From NCBI RefSeq assembly GCF_009914755.1, contig NC_060932.1: a stretch of DNA of 64,000 nucleotides, one strand, 5' to 3'. Origin of the DNA: the human T2T-CHM13v2.0 reference genome, Homo sapiens. The position numbers were made by a program, and so were the translations under genes. Positions 35,579-49,229 of the stretch are shown in pieces; position 1 is the stretch's first letter, and every line of letters starts with the position of its first letter. Below the pieces are notes generated by a model, which had not been told where the DNA came from, did not search any database, and saw only the letters and a list, made by a program, of their open reading frames with translations.

Positions 35579-36916
35579 GTCATCTCCTTTGTCTTCTGAT
35601 TCCGTGAGCTCTCATAGAAAGGAAGTGAAGCAGTGAAAACATCCCCCCAAAAGGGAGTTTTCAAAACCAGCCTAAGCAACATAGCAAGACCTTGCCTTTA
35701 GAAAGTATTTAAATTTGAAGGAAAAAAAAAAGCAGTACTATAGCACAGAGGTGACAGCTACAGGTGTGGCTACATCCAGGTCCTAAAACTATATCATCAG
35801 AATGACCCCTCACCCTCCCCCCGCTTTCCATTTTACTTTCTTAAGCATGAAAATGAAATTTCCAAGATTGTCTCTCCTTTGGCTAATCTGCTTCTCAGAC
35901 CCAATCACTGTGGCCAGGGTGGTGGAAGGACACTGGCATCCAGGCTGGGACCACATGCCCCAGATCCAGATCAGGGTGGGGAATGGCCAGTGGCACACAT
36001 GCCGTTGGGGACTAGTGACTCCTCAGCGGAAAATCAGGAACTATCATTGGAGAGGAGCGATAGAAGAAAGGCTGACACAGTGCAATGTGTCTCCTGCACC
36101 AGCCTGGGCCTTGATGTCTTGAGTACTGATGACACAGTACTCAGTCCAGGGCAATCCCAACTCCATCTATGGGGCTGCCCACAGTACATGGACCGCCTCA
36201 CTGGATTTGCTGACCACATGTGCAAACAGCCACCTCCCAGCCCCACTCCCCGCAGTCCCCCTGAACCCTGTCAAAATTCCCCTCAGTTCTCACCAAGACT
36301 AAAAGCAATTCTGAGGGTGAGCGGCTCATTCTGCTAGTTTAACTCTCTCGATTCCTTCCCTCTCCAGAACTCTGTACTTACTGCTCCGTCACTGGTAATG
36401 ACAATGAACATCTTCACAATCTCAGGTTTTATTGCAAAGTGATTGAGAACCAGTTAGAATAAGTTATGCTGCAGAAACTAAAGAAATCCCGTCAAGCAAA
36501 TTGTGTGTCATAGAAAGTCTTAGGACAGCCGTGTATATTTTCTCCCCCAATGAATCAATTGAAAATGAGAAGCTCTTACCGCCATGTTCCGGGCAGAAGC
36601 TATCAAAAGTATAAGCCATGATATTATAATTTGATGATTTTTCATGCGTCAAATGGTTATGGCCCAGGGGTGAAAAGTGGATGCTCCGTAACTAGATGAT
36701 GGTCAAGAGTTATAAAAATGAGGTCCTCTCTGTTCAACATTTCTCCTTTCTTGAAAGGATACTCAATATCATGCTCAGGGCCTCTAATGGCCAGAAATAA
36801 AGTTCCTCCCAGTTCCAGAGCACCCCAGGATAACCCCAAAACCAGAGCAACTGCTTATTTCCATATAGACTATATACTGTGCAACTCCCGGGGTGGCATT
36901 TTCATAAATATGTGGG

Positions 36917-36935
36917 TGGCGCCCCCTGGAGGTAA
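36917..36935 (-). promoter_or_regulatory. Candidate CTCF binding motif
   Basis: Minus strand reads TTACCTCCAGGGGGCGCCA, close to the consensus CC(A/T)(C/G)(C/T)AG(A/G)(G/T)GGCGC. Confidence 0.55.
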
Positions 36936-37105
36936 GCAATGCACAACTTGCACAAATGGTAAGACACCGTATCCCAAAGTCCACAAAGAAGAGCTAAGCA
37001 AAACTCCCATCGATGTTGCCATCGGTAATGAGTCTGCCTTTTCTTCATGGGACAGTAGCAAAAACAATTTGGCCAAGTGTGCTTGGATGATCTCTAAGAT
37101 GGAAT

Positions 37106-37327
37106 CAGGGTCTCTCACTTTCAGCACTATTGACATTTGGGGCTGGATCATTATTTTGTCTTAGTGGGAGTTGTCCGGGGCATTGTAGGATGCTTAGCAG
37201 CATCGCTGGCCTCTACCCATTAGCTGCCAGTAGCACCACCTCCTCCAGCCGCAACCACCAAAATTGTCTCCAGACATGGCCACGTGTTCTCTGGGGGGCA
37301 AAATCACCCCCTGGCTGAAAAGCCCTG
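37106..37327. mobile_element. MER20 hAT-Charlie DNA transposon relic
   Basis: GCACTATTGACATTTGGGGCTGGAT...TGTCTCCAGACAT...GGGGGGCAAAATCACCCC; imperfect terminal inverted repeats CAGGG...CCCTG. Confidence 0.85.
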
Positions 37328-37716
37328 AAGTAAAGACATAATATGCAGATCACATGTAAGTAAGGGAGCCTAAGGGCCACACAGGTGATGCTGTACCCAT
37401 GACAAAGACAGAGTCTTAAAGAGGTTAGAGAGGTGGAGAAAGAGAAAGGAAATGAAGCCCCAGTTGCCTAGAGCAACAGATGCTGACTAGATGTTGTTGA
37501 TAGTCATCTTTAAACTGAGCTAAAAGATGCTGAGAAGCCATCAGCTCCCATCCTGCTCTCCAGGGACAACGCTGCTGAAAAAGGCCTGGAGATCAACAAA
37601 GCCCCAAACACAGGTGCACTGAACAAAGAAACCAGAGATTGAGACAAAATGACATTCCCTCAAAGACTACACATTTCCAAGAGGAGAGAAAAAGTGGAGT
37701 CATGAAAAACAGTTGA

Positions 37717-38628
<912 letters not shown>

Positions 38629-38984
38629 CTCTAACTTTTCATTATGGAAATTTCCCATATGCACAAAAATCAGGGAGAGAATTACACCATGAACCCCCAT
38701 GCACCCATCATCCCACTGCAAGAACTTGTCAACATTTCGCCAATCTCATTCCAGTTCCCACTTTTCTTTTCCTTCTTGCTATTTTAGGATATTTTAAAGC
38801 AAATTCCAGACATTTCATTTCACCCACATCCATAACACACCAGGGTGCATTCTTGATATAAGGATTTTGTTTTGTTTTATAACCCCCCATGCCATTGCCA
38901 CAGTTAATAGATTTAACATGAAGAAACTAAGATTCTTGCAGGTGGAGAAAAGATCTAATTACCACCTTAAAGCCTCACCTACTA

Positions 38985-39130
38985 GCGCTTCTCAGATCTG
39001 AACGTGTATGCAAATCACCTGGGCATCTTGTTAAAATGTAGATTCTGGCCCAGCAGGTCCTTCCGGGTGAGCCCTGAGAGTCTTCAATACCAAAAGCTCC
39101 CAGGTGACGCAATGCTGCGGGTCCATGAAT
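38985..39130. mobile_element. MER5-like DNA transposon fragment
   Basis: AATCACCTGGGCATCTTGTTAAAATGTAGATTC...AAGCTCCCAGGTGA. Confidence 0.7.
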
Positions 39131-39403
39131 CACACAAGAGGAAGTGTCGGGTCGTCCAAACACCCACAACAACTGGGTGCGAAGTCCTGACCGTTCCTGA
39201 CTGCAGGGCCTTCAGTGAACGGGGCAGCTGGGGACCATTTGGGAAAGAAGGGAGGTTTTTCCTATCAGCTCCAGGCCTTGTAGAACTGCCAGGGAATAAC
39301 AGACACAAGGTCAGCAAAGTCTAACCAACAGCACGAGTGCATTCATATTCCACAACCACTGCAGCAAAGAACCATGAAATGGGTGGCTTCAAACAATGTC
39401 TGT

Positions 39404-39929
<526 letters not shown>

Positions 39930-40282
39930 TGTCAGTCCTCTGAGCCCAAGCTAAGCCATCATTATCTCCTGTGACCTGCATGTACATATCCAGATGGCCG
40001 GTTCCTGCCTTAACTGATGACATTATCTTGTGAAATTCCTTCTCCTTGCTCATCCTGGCTCCAAAGCTCCCCTACTGAGCACCTTGTGGCCCCCACTCCT
40101 GCCTGCCAGAGAACAACCCCCCTTTTTCCTTTACCTACCCAAATCTTATAAAATTGCCCCACCCCATCTCCCTTCACTGACTCTCTTTTTGGACTCAGCC
40201 CACCTGTACCCAGGTGAAATAAACAGCTTTACTGCTCACACAAAGCCTGTTTGGTGGTCTCTTCACATGGATGCATGTGAAA
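39930..40282 (+). repeat. HERV-H 5' LTR (LTR7)
   Basis: TGTCAGTCCTCTGAGCCCAAGCTAAGCCATC...TATAAAA...AATAAA...GAAA. Confidence 0.93.
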
Positions 40283-40284
40283 TT

Positions 40285-40302
40285 TGGTGCCGTGACTGGG
40301 AT
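40285..40302 (+). promoter_or_regulatory. Primer binding site, tRNA-His
   Basis: TGGTGCCGTGACTGGGAT, one mismatch to TGGTGCCGTGACTCGGAT. Confidence 0.9.
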
Positions 40303-40829
40303 CGAGGGACTTCCCTTGGGAGATCAATCCCCTGTCCTCCTGCTCTTTGCTCTGTGAGAAAGATCCACCTATGACTTCAGGTTCTCAGACCGACCAGCCC
40401 AAGAAACATCTCACCAATTTCAAGTCTGGTAAGCGGCTTCTTTTTACTCTCTTCTCCAACCTCCCTCACTATCCCTCCACCTCTTTCTCCTCCCAATCTT
40501 GGCACCACACTTCAATCTCTCCCTTCTCTTAATTTCAATTCCTTTCATTTTCTGGTAGAGACAAAGGGGACACGTTTTATCTGTGGACCCAAAACTCTGG
40601 CACCAGTCACGGACTAGGGAAGGCAGCCTTTCCTTGGTGTTTAATTATTGCAGGGACACCTCTCTGATTATTCACCGAGGTTTCAGAGGTGTCAGACCAT
40701 GCAGGGATGCCTGCCTTGTTCCTTCACCCTTAGCAGCAAAACCTGCTTTTCTGGGGGAGGGACAAGAACCCCTCAACCCCTTCTCCTTCACCCTTAGCAG
40801 CATGTCCCACTTTTCTGGGGGAGGGACAG

Positions 40830-40965
40830 GAACCCCGACCTCTTATCTCTGCACCCCGATCCCTTATTTCCATGCCCTGACCTCATCTCTGTGTCCCGAT
40901 CCCTTATTTCCATAACCTGACCTCTTATCTCTGCACCCCAACCCTTTATTTCTGTGCCCCCAACC
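40830..40965 (+). repeat. HERV-H leader tandem repeats (about 40-bp units)
   Basis: Repeated CCCGACCTCTTATCTCTG / CCCGATCCCTTATTTCC. Confidence 0.75.
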
Positions 40966-41049
40966 CTTTCCCTCTATTCTGGAAGGCAAGAACCCCCCAC
41001 CCCTTCTCTCCATCTCTCTACTCTCTCTTTTCTCTAGGCTTGCCTCCTT

Positions 41050-42290
41050 CACTATGGGCAAGCTTCCGCCTTCCATTCCCCTTTCTTCTCCCTTACCCTG
41101 TGTTCTTCAAAACCTAAAACCTCTTCAACTCACACCTGACCTAAAACCTAAATGCCTTATTTTCTTCTACAATGCTACTTGACCCCAATACAAACTCAAC
41201 AGTGGTTCCAAATAGCCAGAGAATGGCACTTTCAATTTTTCCATCCTACAAGATCTAGATACTTCTTGTCATAAGATGGGCAAATGATCTGAGATGCCTG
41301 ATGTCCAGGCATTCTTTTACACATTGGTCCCTCCCTAGTCTCTGTTCCCAGTGCAACTCATCCGAAATCTTCCTCCTTTCCCTCCCACCTGTCCCCTCAG
41401 TCCCAACCCCAAGTGTCGCTGAGTCTTTCTAATCTTCCTTTTCTACAGACCCATCTGACCTCTCCCATCCTGGCCAGCCTGAGCTAGGTCCCAATTCTTC
41501 CTCAGCCTCCACTTCTCCACCCTATAATCCTTTTATCACCTCCCCTCCTCACACTGGGTCTGGCTTACAGTTTAATTCCGTGACTAGCCCTCCCCCACCT
41601 GCCCAGCAATTTACTCTTAAACAGGTGCCTGGAGCTAAAGACATAGTCAAGGTTAATGCTCCTTTTTCTTTATCCCAAATCAGATAGCATTTAGCCTCTT
41701 TTTCATCAAATATAAAAATCCACCCCAGTTCATGGCTCGTTTGGCAGCAACCCTGAGATGCTTTACAGCCCTAGACCCTAAAACGTCAAAAGGCCGTCTT
41801 ATTCTCAATATACATTTTATTACCCAATCTGCTCCCGACATTAAATAAAACTCCAAAATTAAATTCCGGCCCTCAAACCCCACAACAGGACTTAATTAAC
41901 CTCAACTTCAAGGTGTACAATAATGGAGTAGAGGCAGCCTAGCAGCAACATATTTCTCAGTTGCAATTCCTTGCCTCCACTGTGAGACAAAGCCCAGCCA
42001 AATCTCCAGCACACAAGAACTTCCAAACGCCTAAAGCGCAGTGGCCAGGCATTCCTCCAGAACCACCTACCCCAGGAGCTTGCTACAAGTGCCAGAAATC
42101 TGGCCACCAGACCAAGGAATGCCTGCAGCCCGGGATTCCTCCTGAGCCATGTCCCATCTGTGCGAGACCCAACTAGAAATCGGACTGTTCAACTCACCTG
42201 GCAGCCACTCCTAGAGCCCCTGGAACTCCAGCCCAAGGCTCTCTGACTGATTCCTTCCCAGATCTTCTTGGCTTAGCAGCTGAAGACTGA
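41050..42290 (+). pseudogene. gag: HERV-H gag remnant
   Basis: CCHC knuckle CYKCQKSGHQTKEC followed by a second degenerate knuckle PCPIC. Confidence 0.75.
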
Positions 42291-42329
42291 CACTGCCTGA
42301 TAGATCACCTCGGAAGCCTACAGGACCAT

Positions 42330-43468
42330 CACAGACGCTCTAGGTAACTCTCACAGTGGAGGAGAAGTCCATCCCCTTCTTAATCAATACGGAGGCTAAC
42401 CACTCCACATTACCTTCTTTTCAAGGGCCTGTTTCCCTTCCCTCCATAACTGTTGTGAGTATTGACAGCCAGGCTTCTAAACCTCTTAAAACTCCCCAAC
42501 TCTGGTGCCAACTTAGACAATACTCTTTTAAGCACTCCTTTTTAGTTGTCCCCACCTGCCCAGTTCCCTTATTAGGCTGAGACACTTTAACTAAATTATC
42601 TGCTTCCCTGACTATTCCTGGACTACAGCCACATCTCATTGCCACCCACCTTAACCCACAAGTAGAAGATACCTCTATTCCCTCCTTGGCAACCTATCAT
42701 GCACCCCTTACCATCTCATTAAAACCTAATCACTCTTACCCCTCTCAATGCCAATATCCCATCCCACAGCATGCTTTGAAAGGATTAAAGCCTGTTATCA
42801 CTCACCTGCTACAGCATGGCCTTTTAAAGCCTATAAACTCTCCTTATAATTCCCCCATTTTACCTGTCCTAAAACCAGACAAGCCTTACAAGTTAGTTCA
42901 AGATCTGTGCCTTATCAACCAAATTGTTTTGCCTATCCACCCCAAGGTGCCAAACACATATACTCTCCTATCCTCAGTTCCTCCCTCCACAACCCATTAT
43001 TCTGTTCTGAATCTCAAACATGCTTTCTTTACTATTCCTTTGCACCCTTCATCCCAGTCACTCTTCGCTTTCACTTGGACTGACCCTGACACCCATCAAG
43101 CTCAGCAAATTACCTGGGCTGTACTGTCGCAAAGCTTCACAGACAGCCCCCATTACTTCAGTCAAGCCCAAATTTCTCCCTTATCTGTTACCTATCTCAG
43201 CATAATTCTCATAAAAACACACGTGCTCTCTCTGCCGATCGTGTGTGACTCATCTCTCAAACCCCAACCCCTTCTACAAAACAACAACTCCTTTCCTTCC
43301 TGTGCATGGTTGGATACTTTCACCTTTAGATATCTGGTTTTGCCATCCTAACAAAACCATTATATAAACTCACAAAAGGAAACCTAGCTGACCCCATAGA
43401 TCCTAAATCCTTTCCCCACTCCTCTTTCTGTTCCTTGAAGACAGCTTTAAAGACTGCCCCCACCCTAG
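42330..43468 (+). pseudogene. pol: HERV-H pro/pol remnant, 5' part
   Basis: FLINTEA (degenerate DTG), PTCPVPLLG, SPYNSPILPV, LVQDL, LKHAFFTIPLHP, FAFTWTDP; interrupted at ACCCTAG. Confidence 0.85.
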
Positions 43469-43471
43469 TCT

Positions 43472-43489
43472 TGGTTCCCTGACCGGGAA
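43472..43489 (+). promoter_or_regulatory. Primer binding site, tRNA-Glu
   Basis: TGGTTCCCTGACCGGGAA, a perfect 18-nt complement of the tRNA-Glu 3' end. Confidence 0.92.
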
Positions 43490-44012
43490 GCGAGGTAATT
43501 GACGGCAGTTGAGGCAGCCCTTTAGGCGGCTTAGGCCTGCCCTGTGGAGCATCCCTGCGGGGGACTCCTGCCAGTTTGAGCGACGCGGATCCTGAGAGCT
43601 CTCCTGGGTAGGCAATTGACCCGGTGGAATGCCTCGTCAGAGCAGTGTGTGGTAGGCCCCGGTGGAGGATCAACATAGTGGGTGAACACCGGGAAGGAAC
43701 AGGCACTTGGAGTCTGGACATTTGAAACTTGGTAAGACTGGTCTTTGGAACTTGCCCACTCTATTTGAGTGGAAGTGTGGCCTGATCACCCACGGCGTGC
43801 CTGTACTGGCACTTTGGTTTTTGTTTTTGACTTGAATTGAATTGCTTGATACTTTGGTTTTGGTTTGACCTGGCTTGGATTTCTGGATACTCCGATTTTG
43901 GTTTTGATTCTGGTTTGGTGAAAACTGAAAAAGTGTGTGTGTGCCCTTTTTACTCATTCTTTGTTCTGTGGTGTGCGTGTGGTGTGAGCTTGGTGTTTTG
44001 TCTCGAGGAAAC

Positions 44013-45619
44013 GTGGGTCAGACACAAAGTAAGCCTACTCTGCTAGGAACTATGATGAAAAATTTTAAGAAAGGATTTAATGGAGACTATAGGGTTACTA
44101 TGACACCAGGGAAATTTAGAACTTTGTGTGAAATAGATTGCCCAGCTTTAGAAGTGGGTTGGCCATCAGAAGGAAGCCTGGGCAGGTCCCTTGTTTCTAA
44201 GGTATGGCACAAGGTAATTGGTAAGTCAGGACACTCAGACCAGTTTCCATACATAGACACTTGGTTACAGCTGATGCTAAACCCCCCACAGTGGCTAAGA
44301 GGGCAGGCAGCAGCAGTGCTAGTAGCGTAGGGACAGATAGCCAAGGAAGGATCGTGCTCCACCCGCCGAGGGAAATCAACACCTGAAGATCTGTTCAACC
44401 CAACAGCAGAACATGCATTGCAGGAGATGGCACCAGTGATCCCAGTGGTGCCCTCCCCTTACCAGGGAGAAAGGCTCCCCACTTTTGAGTCCACAGTGCT
44501 TGGGCCTCCACAAGACAAACATATCCCTAGGCAATCCAGAGTATACAAAAGAAGAGGTGAGGACTCGGGAGGAACCCCTCCCTTGGCAGCTCGTTTAAGA
44601 CCCAAAACGGGGATCCAAATGCTCCTGAGAGAGCAGCGGTATACAGGGATAGATGAGGATGGTCATGTGGTGGGGAGGCGTGTTTCTGTGTACCAGCCCT
44701 TCACCTCTGCCCACCTTCTCAACTGGAAAAATAGTACCCCATCCTATACCAAAAAGCCACAAGCTCTAATTGATTTGCTCCAAACTAATATCCAGACCCA
44801 CAACCCCACTTGGACTGATTGTCACCAGCTGCACATGTTCCTCTTTAACACAGATGAAAAATGGAGAGTGCTAGAAGCAGCAACTAAGTGGCTAGAGGAA
44901 CATGCACCGGCTGATTACCAAAACCCCCAAGAGTATGTAAGGACCCAGTTACTGGAACCGACCCCCAGAAGGACCCAAATGAAAGAGAGGATATGCAAAG
45001 GCTAAACCGATACAGGGAAGCTCTCTTGGAAGGATTAAAGAGGGGAGCCCAGGAGGCCACAAATGTTAACAAGGTCTCTGAGGTCATTCAGAGAAAAGAA
45101 GAAAGTCCAGCACAATTCTAGGAGAGACTGTGTGATGCCTATGGTATGTATACACCCTTTGATCCCGATAGCCCTGAAAATCAATGCATGATTAACATGG
45201 CTTTAGTTAGTCAAAGCGCAGAAGACATTAGAAGAAAACTGCAGAAACAGGCTGGGTTTGCAGGGATGAACACATCACAGTTATTAGAAGTAGCTAACCA
45301 GGTGTTTGTAAACAGGGATGCAGTAAGCCATAAGGAAAACTGCAGAGAGAAGGAACGTCAGGCCCAGCGAAACGCCGACCTGTTAGCGGCAGCAAACAGA
45401 GGGGTCCCCCAAAAGAGGCAAGGGAAGGGGGGCCCCGGGAAAGAAACTCAGCCTGGCTGTCAAAGGTTGCAGCGTAATCAGTGTGTTTATTGTAAAGAAA
45501 TAGGACATTGGAAGAGCAAATGCCCTCAGCTAAAAAGAAAACAAGGTGACTCGGAGCAAGAGGCTCCAGACAAGGAGAAAGGGGCCCTGCTCAACCTGGC
45601 AGAAGGGTTATTGGACTGA
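44013..45619 (+). pseudogene. gag: HERV-E gag (start mutated to GTG; internal stops and frameshift)
   Basis: (V)GQTQSKP, GWPSEGSL, DQFPYIDTW, YQPFTS..LLNWK, DIRRKLQK, CVYCKEIGHWKSKC. Confidence 0.92.
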
Positions 45620-48600
45620 GGGGGACCGGGCTCAAGGACCCCGAAAGAGCCTATGTTCAGGATGACAGTTAGGGGTAAAGACATTGATTTTCTTGTAGAT
45701 ACTGGTGCTAAACATTCAGTAGTAACCGCCCCGGTCGCCCCCTTATACAAAAAGATTATTGACATCATCGGAGCCACAGGGGTTTCCGCAAAGCAAGTTT
45801 CTGCTTGCCCTGGACTTGTACTGTAGGAGGACATAAAGTGATTCATCAGTTTTTGTCCACGCCTGACTGTCCCTTGCCCTTATTGGGAAGGGACTTGCTT
45901 AGCAAACAGAGAGCCACTATCTCTTTTACAGAGCATGGCTCTTCGCTGCTAAAGTTACCCGGAACAGGAGTCATTATGACCCTTACCGTCCCCCGAGAGG
46001 AGGAATGGAGACTTTTCTTAACTGAGTCGGGCCAAGAGATAAGACCAGCTCTGGCTAAGCGGTGGCCAAGAGTACGGGTGGAAGACAACCCTCCAGGGTT
46101 GGCAGTCAACCAAGCCCCCGTACTTATAGAAGTTAAGCCTAGGGCCCAGCCATTTAGGCAAAAACAGGAGCCGGTCCCCAGAGAAGCTCTTGAAGGTATC
46201 CAGGTCCATCTCAAGCACCTAAGAACTTTTGGAATTAGAGTTCCTTGTCAGTCTCCATGGAACACTCCCCTCCTGCCTGTTCCCAAGCCTAGGACCAAGG
46301 ACTACAGGCCGGTACAGGATTTGCGCTTGCTTCATCAGGCTACAGTGACTTTACATCCAGCAGTACCTAACCCGTACACATTGCTGGGGTTGCTGCCAGC
46401 TGAGGACAGCTGCTTCACCTGCTTGGACCTGAAAGATGCTTTCTTTAGCATCAGATTAGCCCCTGAGAGCCAGAAGCTGTTTGCCTTTCAGTGGGAAGAT
46501 CCGGAGTCAGGTGTCACTACTCAGTACACTTGGACCCGGCTTCCCCAAGGGTTCAAGAACTCCCCCACTATCTTCGGGGAGACATTGCCTCGAGACCTCC
46601 AGAAGTTTCCCACCAGAGACCTAGACTGCGTGTTGCTCCAGTAGGTTGATGATCTTTTGCTGGGACACCCCACGGCAGTCGGGTGCGCCAAGGGAACAGA
46701 TGCTCTACTGCGGCACCTGGAGGACTGTGGGTATAAGGTGTCCAAGAAAAAAGCTCAGATCTGCCGACGGCAGGTACGTTACTTAGGATTTACTATCCGA
46801 CAGGGGGAGAGCAGCCTAGGATCAGAAAGAAAGTAGGTCATTTGCAATCTACCGGAGCCTAAGACCAGAAGGCAGGTGAGAGCATTTTTAAGGGCTGTGG
46901 GGTTTTGCAGACTGTAAATCCCAAACTTTGCAGTATTAGCCAAGCCTTTGTATGAGGTCACAAAGTGGGGGGACCGGGAACTTTCTGAATGGGGATGCCA
47001 GCAACAGCAAGCCTTTCATGAGTTAAAGGAAAGACTTATGTCAGCCCCAGCCCTGGGGCTACCCGATCTAATAAAGCCTTTTCCATTGTATGTGTCAGAA
47101 AGAGAAAAGATGGCAGTTGGTGTTTTAACCCAAACTGTGGGGCCCTGGCCAAGGCCGGTGGCCTACCTCTCTAAACAACTAGACGGGGTTTCTAAAGGAT
47201 GCCCCTTGTTTGAGGGCCTTGGCAGCAACTGCCCTGCTAGTACAAGAAGCAGATAAGCTGACTCTTGGACAAAACCTGAACGTAAAGGCCCCCCATGCTG
47301 TGGTGACTTTCATGAATACTAAAGGACATCATTGGCTAATGAATGCTAGACTCACTAAGTACCAAAGTTTGCTCTGTGAAAATCCCCGCATAACCATTGA
47401 GGTTTGTAACACCCTACACCCCGCTACCTTGCTCCCAGTATCAGAGAGCCCTGTCGAGCATGACTGTGTAGAAGTGTTGGACTCAGTTTACTCTAGCAGA
47501 CCTAACCTCCAGGAACAGCCTTAGGCATCAGTAGACTAGGAACTACACGTGGCTGGGAGCAGCTTCATCAACCCACAGGGAGAGAGATGTGCAAGCTATG
47601 CGGTGGTAACTCTGGACACTGTTGCTGAAGCCAGATCGTTTCCCCAGGGCACTTCAGCTCAGAAAGCTGAACTCATTGCTTTCATTCGGGCCTTAGAACT
47701 CAGTGAAGCTAAGAATGTCAACATTTACACTCACTCTCAATATGCCTTTTCAACCCTTCAAATGCATGGAACATTATATAAAGAAAAGGGCTTATTGAAC
47801 TCTGGGGGAAAAGACATAAAATATCAACAATAAATCTTGCAATTATTAAAAGCCGTATGGAGACCCCACAAGGTGGCAGTTATGCATTGCAGAGGACACA
47901 AGCGAGCTTCCACCTTGGTGGGTTTAGGGAATTCCTGCGCTGACTTAGAGGCTCGAAAAGCAGCATCTGCCCCCTTCTGGGCATCAATCACAACCCCCCT
48001 GCTCCCTCAAGCACCTGATCTGGTACCTACTTATTCTAAAGAAGAAAAGGACTTTCTCCAGGCAGAGAGAGGACAAGTGATGGAGGAAGGATGAATTCGG
48101 TTACCGGATGGGAGAGTAGCTGTGCCACAGCTGCTAGGAGCTGCAGTTGTACTGGCTGTGCGTGAAACCACCCATCTAGGTTAGGAATCACTTGAAAAGT
48201 TGTTAGGCTGGTATTTCTACATCTCGCATTTGTCAGCCCTTGCCGAAACGTTGACGCAGTGGTGTGTTACCTGCCGACAGCATAATGCGAGGCAGGGTCC
48301 AGCCATTCCACCCGGCATACAAACTTATGGAACAGCCCCCTTTGAAGAGCTCCAGATGGACTTCACAGAGATGCCAAAGTGTAGAGGTAACAAGTATTTA
48401 CTAGTTCTTGGGCGTACCTACCCTGGGTAGGTGGAAGCTTATCCAACACGAACTGAGAAAGCTCATGAAGTAACTCATGTGCTTCTTCGAGATCTTATTC
48501 CTAGATTTGGACTGCCCTTATGGATCAGTTCAGATAATGGGCCGGCGTTTGTGGCTGACTTAGTACAGAAGGCGGCAAAGGTATTGGGGATCACACGGAA

Positions 48601-49207
48601 ACTGCATGCTGCCTCCTGGCCTCAGAGTTCTGGAAAGGTGGAGCGAATGAATTGAACTATCAAAAATAGTTTAGGGAAAGTATGTCAGGAAACAGGATTA
48701 AAATGGATACAGGCTCTCCCTATGGTATTATTTAAAATTAGATGTACCACTTCTAAAAGAACAGGATATTCCCCTTATGAAATATTATATCATAGGCCCC
48801 CTCCTATATTGCGGGGACTTCCAGGCACTCCCTGAGAGTTAGGTGAAATTGAGTTACAGCGACAGCTACAGGCTTTAGGAAAAATTACACAGACAATCTC
48901 AGCCTGGGTAAATGAGAGATGCCCTGTTAGTTTATTCTCCCCAGTTCACCCTTTCTCCCCAGGTGATCGAGTGTGGATCAAGGACTGGAAAGTAGCCTCT
49001 TTGTGTCCACTGTGGAAAGGACCCCAGACTGTCGTCCTGAGCACTCCCACCGCTGTGAAGGTAGAAGGAATCCCAGTCTGGAACCACCACAGCTGTGTAA
49101 AACCTGCAGCGCCGGAAACCTGGGAGGCAAGACCAAGCCCAGACAACCCTTGCAGAGTGACCCTGAAGAAGACGACAAGCCCTGCTCCAGTCACACCTGG
49201 AAGCTGA
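45620..49207 (+). pseudogene. pol: HERV-E pro-pol (protease, RT, RNase H, IN), disrupted
   Basis: LVDTGA in frame after the gag TGA; LPQGFKNSP; *VDD at 46642 (YVDD with the Tyr codon turned to stop); SAQKAELIA; QMDFTEMP; SDNGPAF; SGKVERMN; WKGP. Confidence 0.93.
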
Positions 49208-49229
49208 CTGGTCCACGCATGGCCGAAGC

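Noticed and set aside
36718-37164. 148-aa ORF in non-Alu sequence
   Set aside because: No recognisable homology; its C-terminus is MER20 sequence; a chance ORF is likely
40830-40965. CRISPR-like or novel repeat array
   Set aside because: These are the ordinary tandem repeats of the HERV-H leader; eukaryotic context, no spacers or cas genes
45805-46644. Active HERV-E reverse transcriptase
   Set aside because: The ORF ends at a stop replacing the Tyr of YVDD, and a frameshift lies upstream in the protease
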